NCBI GenBank assembly: GCA_963514005.1
Contig: OY740808.1
Span: 17,608,001 to 17,672,000 of the forward strand
Direction: 5' to 3'
Length of the DNA stretch: 64,000 bases
Source: Raja brachyura
Lineage: Eukaryota
Every line of letters starts with the position of its first letter. Position 1 is the stretch's first letter. The notes under the pieces were generated by a model. It was not told where the DNA came from and did no database searches. It saw only the letters and a program-made list of their open reading frames with translations. A program made the position numbers and the translations under genes. Of this stretch, positions 1-13,534 are shown one piece after another.

Positions 1-851
1 GATAGGTTGGCAAATGCATGGCAGATGCAGTATAATGTGGATAAATGTGAGGTTATCCACTTTGGCGGCAAAAACAGGAGGGTAGATTATTATCTGAATG
101 GTGGCCGATTAGGAGAAGGGTAGATGCAACAAGACCTGGGTGTCATGGTACACCACTCATTGAAAGTAGGCATGCAGGTGCAGCAGGCTGTGAAGAAAGC
201 GAATGGTATGTTGGCATTCATAGCAAAAGGATTTGAGTACAAGAGCAGGGAGGTTCTACTGTAGTTGTACAGGGTCTTGGTGAGGCCACACCTGGAGTAT
301 TGCGTACAGTTTTGGTCTCCTAATCTGAGGAAAGACATTCTTGCCACAGAGGGAGTACAGAGAAGGTTCACCAGACTGATTCCTGTGATGGCAGGACTTC
401 CATATGAAGAAAGACTGGATAGACTCGGCTTGCACTCGCTGTAATTTAGGAGATTGAGGGGGAGATCTTATAGAGACTTACAAAATTCTTAAGGGGTTGG
501 ACAGGCTAGATGCAGGAGGATTGTTCCCAATGTTGGGGAACTCCAGAACAAGGGGTCACAGTTTAAGGATAAGGGGGAAATCTTTTAGGACCGAGATGAG
601 AAGATCTTTTTTCACACAGAGAGTGGTGAGTCTGTGGAATTCTCTGCCACGGAAGGTAGTTGAAGTCAGTTCATTGGCTATATTTAAGAGGGAGTTAGAT
701 GTGACCCTTGTGGCTAAAGGGATCAGGGGGTATGGAGAGAAGGCAGGTACAGGATACTGAGTTGGATGATCAGCCATGATCATATTGAATGGCGGTGCAG
801 GCTCGAAGGGCAGAATGGCCTACTCCTGCACCTATTTTCTATGATTCTATG
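1..851 (+). mobile_element. CR1-clade (HER1-like) LINE 3' part
   Basis: RT C-terminal [29 protein letters not shown]; 3' tail gaatggcctactcctgcacct..ttctatg. Confidence 0.92.
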
Positions 852-956
852 AGAGCATTGAATCGACCGAGCAGCAGAAAGATACGTGACCAAGTTCGCA
901 GCAACCAGCTGATTGCACAAAAGGCTACTTAACCCCCAAAAAACATCTGTTTATTA

Positions 957-1130
957 AACATAGAAACGGAAAATATCGGTGCAGGAGTAGGCCATTCGGC
1001 CCTTCGACCCAGCAACGCCATTCATTATGATCATGGCTGATCATCTAAAATCAGTACCCAATTCCTGTTTTTTTGCCATAACCCTTGATTCCGTTGGCCC
1101 TCAGAGCTATATCTAACTTTCTCTTGAAAA
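957..1130 (-). mobile_element. CR1 3' end fragment
   Basis: Reverse complement of the CR1 3' tail. Confidence 0.8.
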
Positions 1131-1386
1131 CACAACTTGGGTAAGAAATTAAAATCTTCGAGTCACAGCATCGAAAGAGACCCTTCGGCCCAACTCGTCC
1201 ATGCTGACCAAGGTGCCCCACCTAAGCCAGTCCCATTTGCCAGCATTGGCCCATATCCCTCTAACCTTTTCTATCCATGTACCTGTCCATAGACACGAAG
1301 TGCTGGGGTAATTCAGCAGGTCGAGCAGCATCTCTGGAGAAAATAGGTGACATTTTGGGTCGGAACTCTTACAAAAGTACTGTATC

Positions 1387-1620
1387 ATCAAGAGTGTTTT
1401 ATTGTCATATGTCCCAGATAGAACAATGAAATTCTTACTTGCTGCAGCACAACAGAATATGTAAATATAGTACACTGTAAATAATATAATAAACGAGAGA
1501 GAGAAAAAAGTTCAGTGTGTGTATATATATATATACATACACATGCCCGCAAGCACACACATATATATACCGTGTGTGTATACACATGCACACTCAAAGA
1601 ACAAACCATGGTAGTTCAAT
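1387..1620 (-). mobile_element. LINE 3' UTR fragment (Rex1-like) with a CA/TA-rich stretch
   Basis: tttattgtcatatgtccc..gaaattcttacttgctgcagcaca; related ends occur at about 37300-37500, 55470-55700 and 58400-58730 on the + strand. Confidence 0.55.
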
Positions 1621-2910
1621 AATAATAGTAGTACTATTATTATGGTGACAGTCCTCCCTCAGTATCGGTGGGTCAGTCCAGAACTTGGGCACAGCAATAA
1701 TGAAGGATGTTTGCTCTTAAGGTCACTGTGCAACAATAAGGGTGGTGAAAAGGCTTTTTGTTCTCTCTGTAAGTGGTGAACCTTTGGAAGTCTCTCCCTC
1801 CAAGGGCAGCCAGAGCAGAGTCTTCACATTTTAAGGCATGACTTAAGGCACTCGAGGCCTAATGGTGATAGATTACCAGAGGTGGATGGGGGTTTGTAGT
1901 TGTCACAATCAACTCACCAGTAATCTGACTGGCGGACCAAGGCTGAGTGGCCGGTTTACAGGTTCTGTCCACTTGTGAAACAAGGAGAGATGAGTGATAT
2001 TTTGGGCTTGTATTGTGCATCTCTGATAGCATTTTGTAATTCTGTTCTTGCTGGTAACATTTAAAGTTTATGTATTCTATCTTGACGTGACCAGTTTCAC
2101 TGAAAGTCTTCGAGGATCAGAGATAAATTAGCCTGTTGTTCCTGAGTGTAAGGATGTTCTAACCAGAATGGTTTCCCACTGCAAAAACATATTGACTAAG
2201 TACGGAGATGTTTCATAGATAGCCCTGAGCTCTCTGTAACCCTGGTATGAGATGAGATCATTTATGGATGTGAACCAGTATTCTTGGGGGATTTAATGGC
2301 CCTGATTTGAAATTAAAGTTTTTACTTCATTCATTGGTACCTGCAGCCAAAAATGGGCTAATCTGTATTCTGTACACTTCATTGCGTGTTATGAATTGTT
2401 TAATAAAATTCCTTATTTAAATTTTATTCTCAAGATAGTGCCCAGGTATTTGATTCGCAGCTACATAGCATTGGCCAGTGACTGTGTCTGTGAATCTTGG
2501 GTTATGTATATATTTTCCCCCAGCATTTAATAAATTCCTGTGATTCAGCTGCCGGCAAGCTTGCTCATCGCAAGTAGCCTCGCAATAAGCGGGTAATTGG
2601 CTAACAATTGTCAACATCTAGAACAGGCAGGTCGCTGGCACTCTGTGGAGGGTCACAATCCCCACCCGGACTTCAGTCAGGGTTTTGGATTCGCAACCAG
2701 TGGTCTGGTCTGAAACGGACTTTAATCCCAGATTAACTGTGAATTTACAGACGTGCTACTGAGACAATTGGAGTGATGTGATTAGTTTTGGGTTTCAACT
2801 GTTAGGATGATGTTGAGACAGTGCAGTTGGTAATTTAAGATTAGACTGGTGGTTCAAGGGAAGGGAAGAGATGGCCACAGAAGATGACTAGTCCACCTCT
2901 GTTCTGATGT

Positions 2911-3152
2911 TAGACACAAAAAGCTGGAATAACTCAGTGGGACAGGCAACTTCTCTGGAAAGAAGGAATGGGTGACATTTCGGGACGAGACCCTTCTTCA
3001 GACCTCCTTGATTCCTCCTGCCGTCCGACTCTCCGACCACGTTTTAACCCAGATTCATTCCTTCTCTCCGGAGATGCTGCCTGTCCCGCTGAGTTACTCC
3101 AGCTTTTTGTGTGTTTCTTCAGTTTAAACCAGCGTCTGCAGTTCCCACCCAT
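2911..3152. mobile_element. Short palindromic Penelope-derived insert
   Basis: Inverted copies of the pLTR sequence flank a short unique piece; degenerate HHR motif on the minus strand near 2971-3003. Confidence 0.75.
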
Positions 3153-3224
3153 ACATCTCATCTGTGCCGATATTTATTGATTTGTACCTTCCATTTTTTA
3201 ATATTCTTTACCCGTCGTCATCTT

Positions 3225-3480
3225 GGTGCAGCAGAGTGGCGCAGCTGGTAGCGCTGCTGTCTCACGGTTCCAGAAACCCGGGTTCAATCCTGACCTCGCT
3301 TGCTGTCTGTGTGGAGTTTGCACGTTCTCCCTTTACCTTAGTGGATTTCTGTATGCTCTGGTTTTCTCCTCCATCCCAAAGCTTTGCTGGTTGACGGATT
3401 AATTGGTAAATACAGTAACTTCTTGTGTGAGAAAGAGGTGGGAGAATCATGGTAAGATTGATGGGCATGTGAGATAAAAA
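3225..3480 (+). mobile_element. tRNA-derived V-SINE (HE1-like)
   Basis: A box (tggcgcagctgg), B box (ggttcaatcc) and V-domain tgtgtggagtttgcacgttctcc. Confidence 0.8.
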
Positions 3481-4394
3481 TTAGTTATTGAGGGATAAGA
3501 GGGGGAATGGAATTGATGGTATTGCTCTGAGAGACATAAGGTAGGCCTCTGGCTTCTGTGAAGGACAATATTTACACTTTGACTGAGATACCAATTCTAT
3601 CTGGTACACGTGAGTTTGGGCTTCCTGCATGATCACATTGTCAAAGCATCTTCGATTCCCAGGATCCTTAAAGCAAAGCTGAAAGACTTTAGGTATTGAA
3701 AGTCCAGTACAAGGTTAAAGATTGATTGATACTTTACGTATGTATGTGTGCACGCGTGCGAGTATGTGTGTGTATATATATAATATTTAATGTTAGCTTT
3801 AAAAATTGGATGACAGGAATAATTTGACTACATTTTGCTTTCGAATAATGTAGTTTCTGTTGTGCTCAGCTGTACAAGTGGGGCTCCCATTCCATCATGG
3901 GTTGAACAGGTTTAAACTCTGCCCAGGTTGGTTTTCCCTGTTGCGTGTTTAGTGATCTATATTTCTGGGTGCAGGTTACATTTTAGGTAGAAAGTGCAGT
4001 CAGTATCTTGCCGCCACAGGATTGGACACAAACACTAAGTTTCTGCATGTCTGGTGTTATTGTGGTCAGTCAGTAAGCTGCATGTAAATGTAAAAACAAC
4101 TAAAAACACTTCCTGCTGTATATAACCGGTTTGTCCACAGTGTGCAACAACCCACCCATGCAAGGTTATTTTGGTCTTCAAATAGATAAGTGCCTCGTTG
4201 TTTGATCATGATGGCTGTTTTCATGTTTCTGTTTAGTGAGGCAGTGGCTGAAACCTCACTCCATAAATCTCCCTCTCCACAACTCCCAGCACCCCGGTAA
4301 CAGGGACAGGAGAAGCAGCAGGTTGTTCTCTGCCAGGTTGCTGCAACCTTTACCCTAGGCTGCTTGCTGATAATTTTCCTTTTTTGTTCTGTGC

Positions 4395-4625
4395 ACGTGA
4401 CCAGGTGGGTTTTCTCCAAGATATTCGGTTTCATCCCACACATACAGGTACAAGGCGTACAGGTTTGGAGGTGAATTGGCTTGGAATACTTGTAAAATTG
4501 TCCCGTGTGTGTGTGTAGGATAGTGTTAATGTGCGGGGATCAGCGCGGACACGGTGGTCAGCGCGGACACGGTGGGCTGAAGGGCGTGTTTCCGCGCTGT
4601 ATTTCTAAACTAAACTAAACTAAAT
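4395..4625 (+). mobile_element. HE1-like SINE 3' part with (TAAAC)n tail
   Basis: Body matches 16390-16685; internal 18-bp tandem duplication at about 4541-4576. Confidence 0.7.
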
Positions 4626-5263
4626 CGTTTAAAAGTTACTTTGCAAATTGGCAAGCAGGGAAAAAGCTGTCTTGGAAAAGTAACTGTTTCCATGTAACCA
4701 GCCTGCAGTAGTCAGACATAAATGTCTCTGAAGAACAGTCTCGGTTTCACCACAGGAGGCCATTGAAATTGACCAGCAATCACTTTTAGTGAACCTGTGC
4801 AACGTTTCTCTGTTGGACAAAGTAACATATTCTTTCATATTTTTAGTTTCCAGCAACAGAAATAAACATAGTTATTAAAAAAGAACTTTTACTTTTAAAA
4901 ATCCTGTGAGGGAAATAACTTTGTCATTAAACTCTTCAGCTTCTAAACCATCCCCTTTAACCATCGACACAACAATCATTCCTATTGTATAACAAAGGCT
5001 TCTAACAACTGTCGCGTTACAGCAGAACAACCTGTAATTTAATTTTAACAGTGAGACTAGTGGCTTTCAAACATTGTATGTGTTTTAAGCTTACCAGCTT
5101 CTCCCTTCAGAAAAGATAGATAATTCTGAGCAGGAGGGGTAGGAGTTGTCGTTATGTCCAACAGGGAAAGTTTAGATCAAAGTTACTGCAGTTGCTTTAT
5201 AGCTTCCCACACCACTCTAGTCTAAGCCTCCCTGTAAATCAGTAACCAGCCGTGGCCTGCAGC

Positions 5264-5332
5264 ATGTTGGATGCTGAAACCAGGCGCTCGGGACGTGTTA
5301 AGTCTGTGCTTTCTTCTCCCCACCTCCCTCTG
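5264..5332 (+). CDS. Candidate alternative first coding exon of a short KIAA1671 isoform (MLDAETRRSGRVKSVLSSPHLPL)
   Basis: ATG with A at -3, 23 open codons, then CTG|GTAATG phase-0 donor, compatible with the phase-0 acceptor at 13066. No homology support. Confidence 0.4.
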
Positions 5333-8300
5333 GTAATGAATGATCTTTGTAAAATTATTAACAGATTGATTCTCTTGGTTGCACGACAGCTCACAGTTAA
5401 GTAATAGTCAGTAAAACATTTGGCTGAAACCTGGGAGTTACCAGTAGCACAAATTTATTTTAATGCATGTGTTACTAAAGCAAGATATTGTTTGTTTGCA
5501 CAGTGGTAACATAGCCACACCTCTGCCTCAAATATGAATCATTGTTAAAGTTTAGACTTCAAATTTGCTTTGCAAAAGTAATTATCTACATGCATTATGA
5601 CCCTTAGACAGAGAGATGGCCTGGGGGCAAAGTCACATCAAGTCAAGTCAACTTGTTGTTGGGTGCAGATACCAAAATAGGTCAGTGTGTGGACATGCTT
5701 GGCTGAAGTCCTTGTTTCCATGCAGTTCAACTCTGTGACCTCCCCATTCACTCCCCCAGGTATCATTTGAATAGGTTGACTTGGACGGGAAAGGAATGGA
5801 GGGTTATGGTCTGAGTGCGGGTAGATGGGACTAGGTGAGAGTAAATATTCGGCAGGGGCTAGAGGGCCGAGATGGCCTGTTTCCGTGCTGTAATTGTTAT
5901 ATGGTAATCAATCCATGGTCTTGTAATTGATGTAATATTTCCACGCTGCTGCAGTTAGGACAATCCACGTAGTGGCCACACACTACTGAACTTAGGCCAG
6001 TCATGTGATGCCACAATGCTGGAGTTAGGACAAGGGGTAATTTCTACCCGAGGTGGTGTTCTGACATCAGTGTAACATTGAAATAAGAACTTAGGGATAT
6101 CCTTGTATTTCATCTACATGTAAGAAAGTGACAACTTGAAACACAAGTGAAACTGAAATGGAGGTTTAGGTATGGAATGAAAATATGTATCCATGCAATA
6201 ATTTCAACCAGATTCTACAAAATAATAAATCTGAAAAGAAGAATGCAATGGCTGGTGTACGAGGAGAAAACACAGTAAATTCATCGAATGAGGAAAGCCG
6301 TCCATTTCATGAATCTCCCAGTCATTTATCTGGAATTACATTCGAACGGAACCTATCAATAAATATGTGCATTTAGGTTGCGCCTTCAATATGATTTGGG
6401 AAGATTCATGCCCGAGAAGATTTGGGAAGATTCATGCTGTAACTTTGCAGGAAAGTTACAAAAATAGCTCAAAGCTTAGTCAAAGAGATTGGTTTTGAGA
6501 GTGCTTTCAGAGGTGTTGTATTTTGTGTGGGTTTTGAAAATTCTAAGAGGGACATCTGACATTGATGCCAGTGATAACAGAACAATGATCGTGGTGCCCA
6601 AATCAGCTGATTAAAACAATGGAAGACACAAGCATCTGCAGATGCTGGAGTAACTCATAGGGTCAGGCAGCATCTATGGAGGACATAGGTAGGAGATGTT
6701 GTCAGTTGGGACCATTCCTCGCAATGGCAGGGTTGCGTGGTTGAAAAAGTTGGGCCGAGACAATGAAAAGGTTGATGGGGAGGCATGCAGATTTTGCTGG
6801 AGTGTGCTGAGATCAAGGAAACCTGCCCTGAGTGCCTGCCCTGAGTAATGGGGGAGGTGGTGAGACACTTGCCAATGCCTGTGACCTGCTTCCACTTGGA
6901 AACAAGGATATAGCATGCAAGTTTGGAGTGGAGTGATAAACTTGAAATGCTAACACTCTCTAAATATTATTTTAAACAAAAAACAACAAAAGAATGGCAT
7001 CAATAAATCAACCTAATGTGCATGAATATTCCCCATGGCCTGGACTGATCCACAGGGAAAAAAAAAATACGATTTCAACTCCCCCTGATGGGCAAAAGAA
7101 GTATATGGTGTAATCTCCCTGAAATAACAAACTGACTTCCCAATGTGACATTTAGATCACTAGAGTCTGTCCGTGCCCTGACATCAGCCATCAGTTTGCC
7201 AAACTAATTACAAATGTCAAAGTGGGAATGTGTCCCTTGAAATGCTCCCCTGATTAGCTCAGTTGCACAATATGTAGCACAGTGCATGCTATTGCCCAGT
7301 AACCAGTGTGAGAGGGTGTTACTGCCTCTTCTCATTTCACTGGCACTTGCTCTGAATCATTGAACCATGACTTGCTTTCGACCCCTTGCATCATTTACTG
7401 CCAGACGACAACCTGTTATTCTTGGATTTATTATTTCAGCTTTAAAATTAATTCAACATGTTGTCTGCTTCTGTGCAAAGAAATATTTTGTCACTTCCCC
7501 GGCCTCATTTCATTAATCATCTTCAAAGATTTCTGGAATTCTGATTGAGCATGGCCGATGTTTTAAAAAATCCTACCCATTTATAAGATGTTTTTTATCA
7601 CCATACATTAGTTAGTCAATTCTGGAAATCTCAGACTAACCTCTGCCTGCCCAATGAATGAGAATACTTCAGCACATTAACAGCCAAGTCAAGTGTGATG
7701 ATGACCGGCATAGTCGGAATTGGTGCCTTGAATGTTGTAAAATGGTGCCTAAAAACGCAAATGTTCAAAACCAGACACCTCACCAGAATTTGTTACAGTT
7801 AGCAGCATCTGTTGGTCACCCGCTTCTGCAGGTGGGTCAATGTAGCTCTCAAAAAAATTGTGCATGTTAAGCATTAATCATCCTAATTTTTGGCAACATG
7901 GAAACGTGCTTTAGCCATGTCCCTAAACACATTTTCTTCCCAAATAAGATTTTTCCTCTTGAAGGCAGGTTGGAAATGTAGGAAGAGAGGGTGATTTTTT
8001 ATATTAATCTGGAATGGAAATTTAAAAGACGTTTAGACAGGTACATGGATAGGAAAGGTTTAGAGGAATATAGGCCAAACGGGGAGGGGGGGGGGCAGGT
8101 GGGACGAGTGTAGATGGGGCAGTTGGGCCGAAGGGCCTGTTTCCCACTGTATCACTCTGACTAGGATTTGGTGCTTGAATCAAAACACAAGCATTTCAGG
8201 TACCCAGTGACACCAGAAAAAGTGGAGAGGACTCTTTGCTCTTTGCTGCCACCTACAGATTGCCATTTCCATTTTCCACATTGGTCCAATATTTGGGTGG

Positions 8301-9715
8301 CTGCTGAATGCCGACTGCATCAAACATTGGATGGAAAATGTTCTCAATTCTCTTTGTGTACTTTACACTGAGCTTGATTAAAAATCCTAAGTACCTCTTA
8401 TTTATTTATATATATATATTATTACATACATTTAAAATCAGTCTTTGAACAAGGTGCAGATCTAAAGACCAAGCTGTGGTCCCTAGGAAGTTGCTCTCAC
8501 TAAAATTTTCAGTGTTTTTTAAAGGCAGATTGTTTGCAAACTTGGTGAGATGGTTGGTCCAGAGATTTACTTTGGATCATGTATTCTCACCACCAGCTGG
8601 ATCACCAGCTTCTGACTCTGTGAGATCTGCTGATTCTGCCCCACCTGCTCTCAGCCAGACCTTTGGTTCTGTTGGAGGTGGACTACAGTGTTACACTCCT
8701 GGCAGAGTCCCTGGTCCCTGTACTCTTCCATTCCTTTTTCTCCTCAGATTTAATGAAGATGCGATGTTTTGAAAGTACTCACAAGTAGTGGTCATGGCCA
8801 ACGATAGTTTGGCTATTGGCAACATCAAGCACTTGAGTCCAGCAATTGGAAAATATTCATGGTTAAAATGATGGTTGGAGATGCGTTGGGAAGCAGGCAC
8901 CGTGAATGTCATGTTGCCCAAGAAATAGTACAACATATCCATGTCATGAATATTTTATACTTCCAAAGTACTTGGTGTAACCTGAAATATAATGGATATA
9001 AAACTAGGGACTGTTTGTACATTGTGAATCTGTACATCGGATTATGGAGCAAAGTACTGGATGTATTATTTCAGGGCAGTTTGCCAGAAACCATGGACAC
9101 AAGTTTAAATGCCGTTGATCTAACTTTAATGTCCAGCAGAAATCAGAGGTCCACACAGTTGGGTTCATGCCACATGGGAAGCCAAGGAGTCAGCTTCAAA
9201 AACCTGAAGAAGCTGCATTCATGAGTGAAATGCCAGGTGCCGGAGTAGTTTGGTGGGTCAGGCAGCATCTCTGGAGGACATGGATGGGTGACATTTTGAG
9301 TCAGGATCCTTCTTCAGACTGTTTGTAGTAGGAGTGAGAAAGCTCGAAAAAGGTGATGGTGGGACAGAGTTATGTAAGTGATGACAGAGCCTTGTAAGTG
9401 GATACACAGGCATTTGACTGGTGTGTGAATCAGTCAAGACAAAGAGGGTAGAATAAGATTCTATGAGCTTCCTCTGTGTCAGCCTACCTACTGCTGAGCT
9501 TGTAATTGTGGTGTGGAGCATTTGAGAGTCTGACTGCAGTGTGAGGTACATAAAAAATGAGATGTGATAGTAATGGAAGAGAATGTGTATGGGGCATGGA
9601 ACAAAGAATTTACCCTATGTAGAAGGGCATAGACATGAAAAGAAGGGATTATCTTATAACAAATTGACTTTTTTTAACTTAGTAGAAACTAGAATGTTTT
9701 AATACATATGGAGAA

Positions 9716-9990
9716 GGTTGGCGTAGTTGGTAACTCTTGCCTCTGAATCAAAGGTTCTGATTTCATCCCACAACTTGAGAACAATGATTCAGGCTTCATC
9801 AGTCCTGCAGTACTTATGCAATGCTTCTTTGTCAGCCGTGTCTTATATACAATATTAAAGCAGAGTTATCTTGCTTCCTGGGGGGGATGCAAGGCACCTC
9901 GACGCTTTATTTCAAAGTGTGGAGGACTTGCACGTTTTTTCATTCCTGTGATTTTTATATTATCACAGTTATCACATTATGAAAAACGAC
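9716..9990 (+). mobile_element. Degenerate DeuSINE (SacSINE1-like)
   Basis: ctcttgcctctgaatcaaaggtt..cttgagaacaatgattcaggct..tgcagtact resembles the recalled SacSINE1 consensus. Confidence 0.5.
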
Positions 9991-10490
9991 TTGTTTTCTG
10001 TAAACCAGAAAATAACATAATGGTCATGACATTGACATGATATCGAGATCTTTAGAATATAAATGAGAGAGGGAATTGATCAAAGTTCAAAAGGAAACAG
10101 TCACTGTTTGAGAAGAATTACATATTAAAAGAAACTAGGACGCGATGGCATTTGAAAAGGGAATGGCGCCAAGACAGTTTATGTGATTCCTACAATTAAC
10201 GATGATGAAGTTCAGGGAATTTTGAATCATTTTGTATTCATCTTTGTGGCAGGAAAACAATTCCTTAAAAAATGTGTTAAAAAATCCTCTGGAAGGTAGA
10301 AGGCAGTTGATGTAGATTTCAGACGGGAAAATCATTGTTAAATTATTTACAGAATGACCAAAGTAATGCAAAATATGTGGTTTGCTGGAATTTCAGTGTT
10401 TTTCAATTAAGGTTTGTACAGTTTACTCAAGATTCAAGTAAGAACTTACTGAATCCGATAACAAGTGGCAGAATGATACTTGACTGTACC

Positions 10491-10969
10491 CTGATTCCTG
10501 GGATGTCAGGACTTTCATATGAGGAAAGACTGGATGGACTTGGCTTGTACTCGCTAGAATTTAGAAGACTGAGGGGGGATCTTATAGAAACTTACAACAT
10601 TCCTAAGGGGTTGGATAGGCTAGATGCAGGAAGATTGTTCCCGATGTTGGGGAGGTCCAGAACAAGGTGTCACAGTCTAAGGATAAGGGTGAGTTCCTTT
10701 CGGACCGAGATGAGGAGAACATTTTTCACACAGAGAGTGGTGGGTCTCTGGAATTATCTGCCACAAAAGGTCGTTGAAGCCAGTTCATTGGCTATATTTA
10801 AGAGGGAGTTAGATGTGGCCCTTGTGGCTAAAGGGATCAGGGGGTATGGAGATACCTTCTGGCAGGTACAGGATACAGAGTTGGATGATCAGCCATGATC
10901 ATATTGAATGGCGGTGCAGGCTCGAAGGGCCGAATGGCCTACTCCTGCACCTATTTTCTATGTTTCTAT
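10491..10969 (+). mobile_element. CR1 LINE 3' fragment
   Basis: LIPGMSGLSYEERL..RRLRGDLIETY..; CR1 tail. Confidence 0.9.
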
Positions 10970-11129
10970 ATAATAGACAGCAATTTGAATGCAAATCAAC
11001 AGGGAGAGAACAGGTTTAAAGGTCGTACCAAAGATAGGAAACGTTCACTGATTACATCAATGATTCTGACTTTGGAACTGGCAGTGCAAGTTCAAACTTT
11101 ATGAACAACTAAATTACAGGGAGTATGTT

Positions 11130-12480
11130 TCTCCTTGTAACATAGGAGCGATCCTCTTCTCCCCGATAAAACTGAACAACACAATATATAAGAATAACCC
11201 AATTATACATGATACAATAAGAATTTGGAAACAAATAAAATTATCTTTAAAATTAAGAAATCTATCATTGTTAATGCCAATAGTGAATAATCCTTCATTT
11301 AAACCATCTCTTATTGATAAAACATATAATCAATGGGAAAGAATGGGAATTAGAAGGATCGGTGATATGTATGAAATGGGAAATCTGTTATTATTCCAAT
11401 TACAATTAAAATTTAAACTGAAAAATAACCAATATTTTAAATATCTTCAGATCTGCGACTTCATGAAGAAATACATACAAAGATATCAAAACTTTAGTTC
11501 CACTGGAAGAAGCAATGAATATTAAGGCTGACTCACAGAAATTAATATCATATTTATATAATAGTATTTTAAACATAGACTTACCATTGACAGAGGCACT
11601 TAGAGAAGAGTGGGAATGAGAATTAATGATAAAAATTATGAAGGAAACATGGGAAAAGTATTTGATATATATACACAAATGTTCGATTAATGTAAGACAT
11701 AATTTAATTCAATTTAAAATTTTACATAGATTATATTATTCAAAAACTGGATTGAATATATTCTATCCAAATACTTCCCCCATTTGTGATAAATGTCTAT
11801 CCCAAAATGCAACTATAACACACTCTTTTATCTCCTGCATAAAACTTTATAAATTCTGGAGTGATATTTTTGAAATATTTATTAAATTATTCAAGATAAA
11901 AATGGAACCTAGTACTGAAATGATTATATTTGGAGTAATGGAAGATGGGAATAAATTGAACTCGTCTCAAAATTTATTTTTTAATTATGAGTTAATAACG
12001 GCAAAAAACTTATACTTAACTTTTGGAAAAATACATCTTTACCAACGTTTAAAATGTGGATTTCAAACATGTTGGACACCTCACATCTTGAGGAAATGCG
12101 ATTCCTCCTAATAAATAAATCAGACCAATTCTTAACGAGTTCGTCTCCATTTGTCGATTTTTTGGTGCAACAAAATCATAGAAGCTAACTGTTTCAGGAT
12201 TGGGTGAGGGATGGTCAAGAACGTAGATAACGATCTCCTTAATCTCTTACTTTCTACTCTTTCTCTTTCTACTTTCTTCTTTTCAATTTTCTTCTTTCAC
12301 ACTTTTTTCCTTTTCACACACTATATATCACACGTTTCTCTATCTTTTATTATCTATTCTCTCTTTCTGTATTTAAAAAAAATATAAGAAGCTGTACATA
12401 AAATGTAATATGTCAATATATATTAGGCGCATATTCCTGTACTAATAAAAAAAAAATAAAAAAAAATAAATAAAAAGAAA
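11130..12480 (+). mobile_element. 5'-truncated L1/Tx1-clade LINE with poly(A) tail and 15-bp TSD
   Basis: ORF2 C-terminal IQFKILHRLYY..CDKC.....TITHSFISC..L..FW zinc knuckle; AT-rich; A-rich tail at 12444-12480; TSD tacagggagtatgtt at 11115-11129 and 12481-12495. Confidence 0.92.
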
Positions 12481-13065
12481 TACAGGGAGTATGTTATTCT
12501 GAAGAAGGTCTGCGATTTTGTGCTGAAAGATATAAATTAAGTTGTAATTAGCAAATGAACTTCAATACAGGTTATTGTGCGGTATATCATAGTAAGAATG
12601 AGTCGCACACTCAGAATTCACTTGGAAAGGGAGGAAGCTGACAGTTCTAGTGGTATTGATAAAGAACATTAAAATCAGCAACATGAGATATTTGTTCCTT
12701 GCCCTTTTTTATCCATGGTTTTCCCTTCAGCTCTAACACTATTTATCTCCTATTTCCTTTATCTTTTTGCACTGCCTTTTGTCATCCTGTATGGTGTGCT
12801 TTGACAGGATGACACAGAAAACTGTATCTTGGTACATGTAACAATAATAGACTGATACCAAAACTCAGCAGGTCAGGGAGCATGTGTGGAAAGTTTTGGG
12901 TGTGAGACCCTTTAAGAATGGGAAAGAGAGATACAAAAGTTCGTTTCAGTCGGGGAGAGAGTGGGGGAGGGATGTGTGGAGCACAGGGAATGTCTGTGAT
13001 ACGTCAACTTGAATATCTAATGGGGGCAGTTACAGGTGATTCTAATTCTCTCCGTTCCATTTCAG

Positions 13066-13259
13066 GACAGGGTGAAGCACTGCTGCATAACTCCCATCAC
13101 AAAGGAAAAGGACACTGATGCCCTTGTGCAGGAGAGAGACCAGTTTTGCACACCTGAAGACAAAGACCACTATGGCACCTATGAGGACAGAGGCTCCAGC
13201 AATGACGAGCTCGAAGTGGGCAGCAGAAACAATGAGCTGGAGTGCTACAAAGATGCAAT
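13066..13259 (+). CDS. KIAA1671: KIAA1671 internal exon (DRVKHCCITPITKEKDTDALVQE...)
   Basis: Acceptor ttccatttcag; donor AT|GTAAGA; phase 0 to 2; resembles recalled human DQLKQCF..KDTDTLV.E..QYGTW. Confidence 0.85.
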
Positions 13260-13534
13260 GTAAGAGCTTGGAGGTTGTGCAGAGGTAGTGAGATACTTTG
13301 ATGAGATTCATCATCCAGCAGAGGAGAATGAAAAGAGTAGTGTGTAGTGCATGAAAAAGTGGGGTGGGGGTTTGGACTGGGGAGTGGGGGATGGTGCATG
13401 GAAGTTGTGTTCCAAGTCATTTTGCAATTGTTGAAATATTTTTCTATGGAAAAATTACATTGATAGCTCCTGCTCAGATCAGACGGATGAGCCTGAGCAA
13501 CAGGAGGGGTTCTCATTAGATCCCTGAATATGTA

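Noticed and set aside
3225-3300. tRNA gene
   Set aside because: The A and B boxes belong to a SINE head followed by a V-domain; no full cloverleaf. The same applies near 16390, 21590 and 33100.
4100-4310. TATATAA plus a downstream donor as another KIAA1671 promoter
   Set aside because: No suitable ATG-led frame and only generic motifs.
6393-6437. 19-bp direct repeat gatttgggaagattcatgc x2
   Set aside because: A simple local duplication with two units; not CRISPR-like and no element lies between them.
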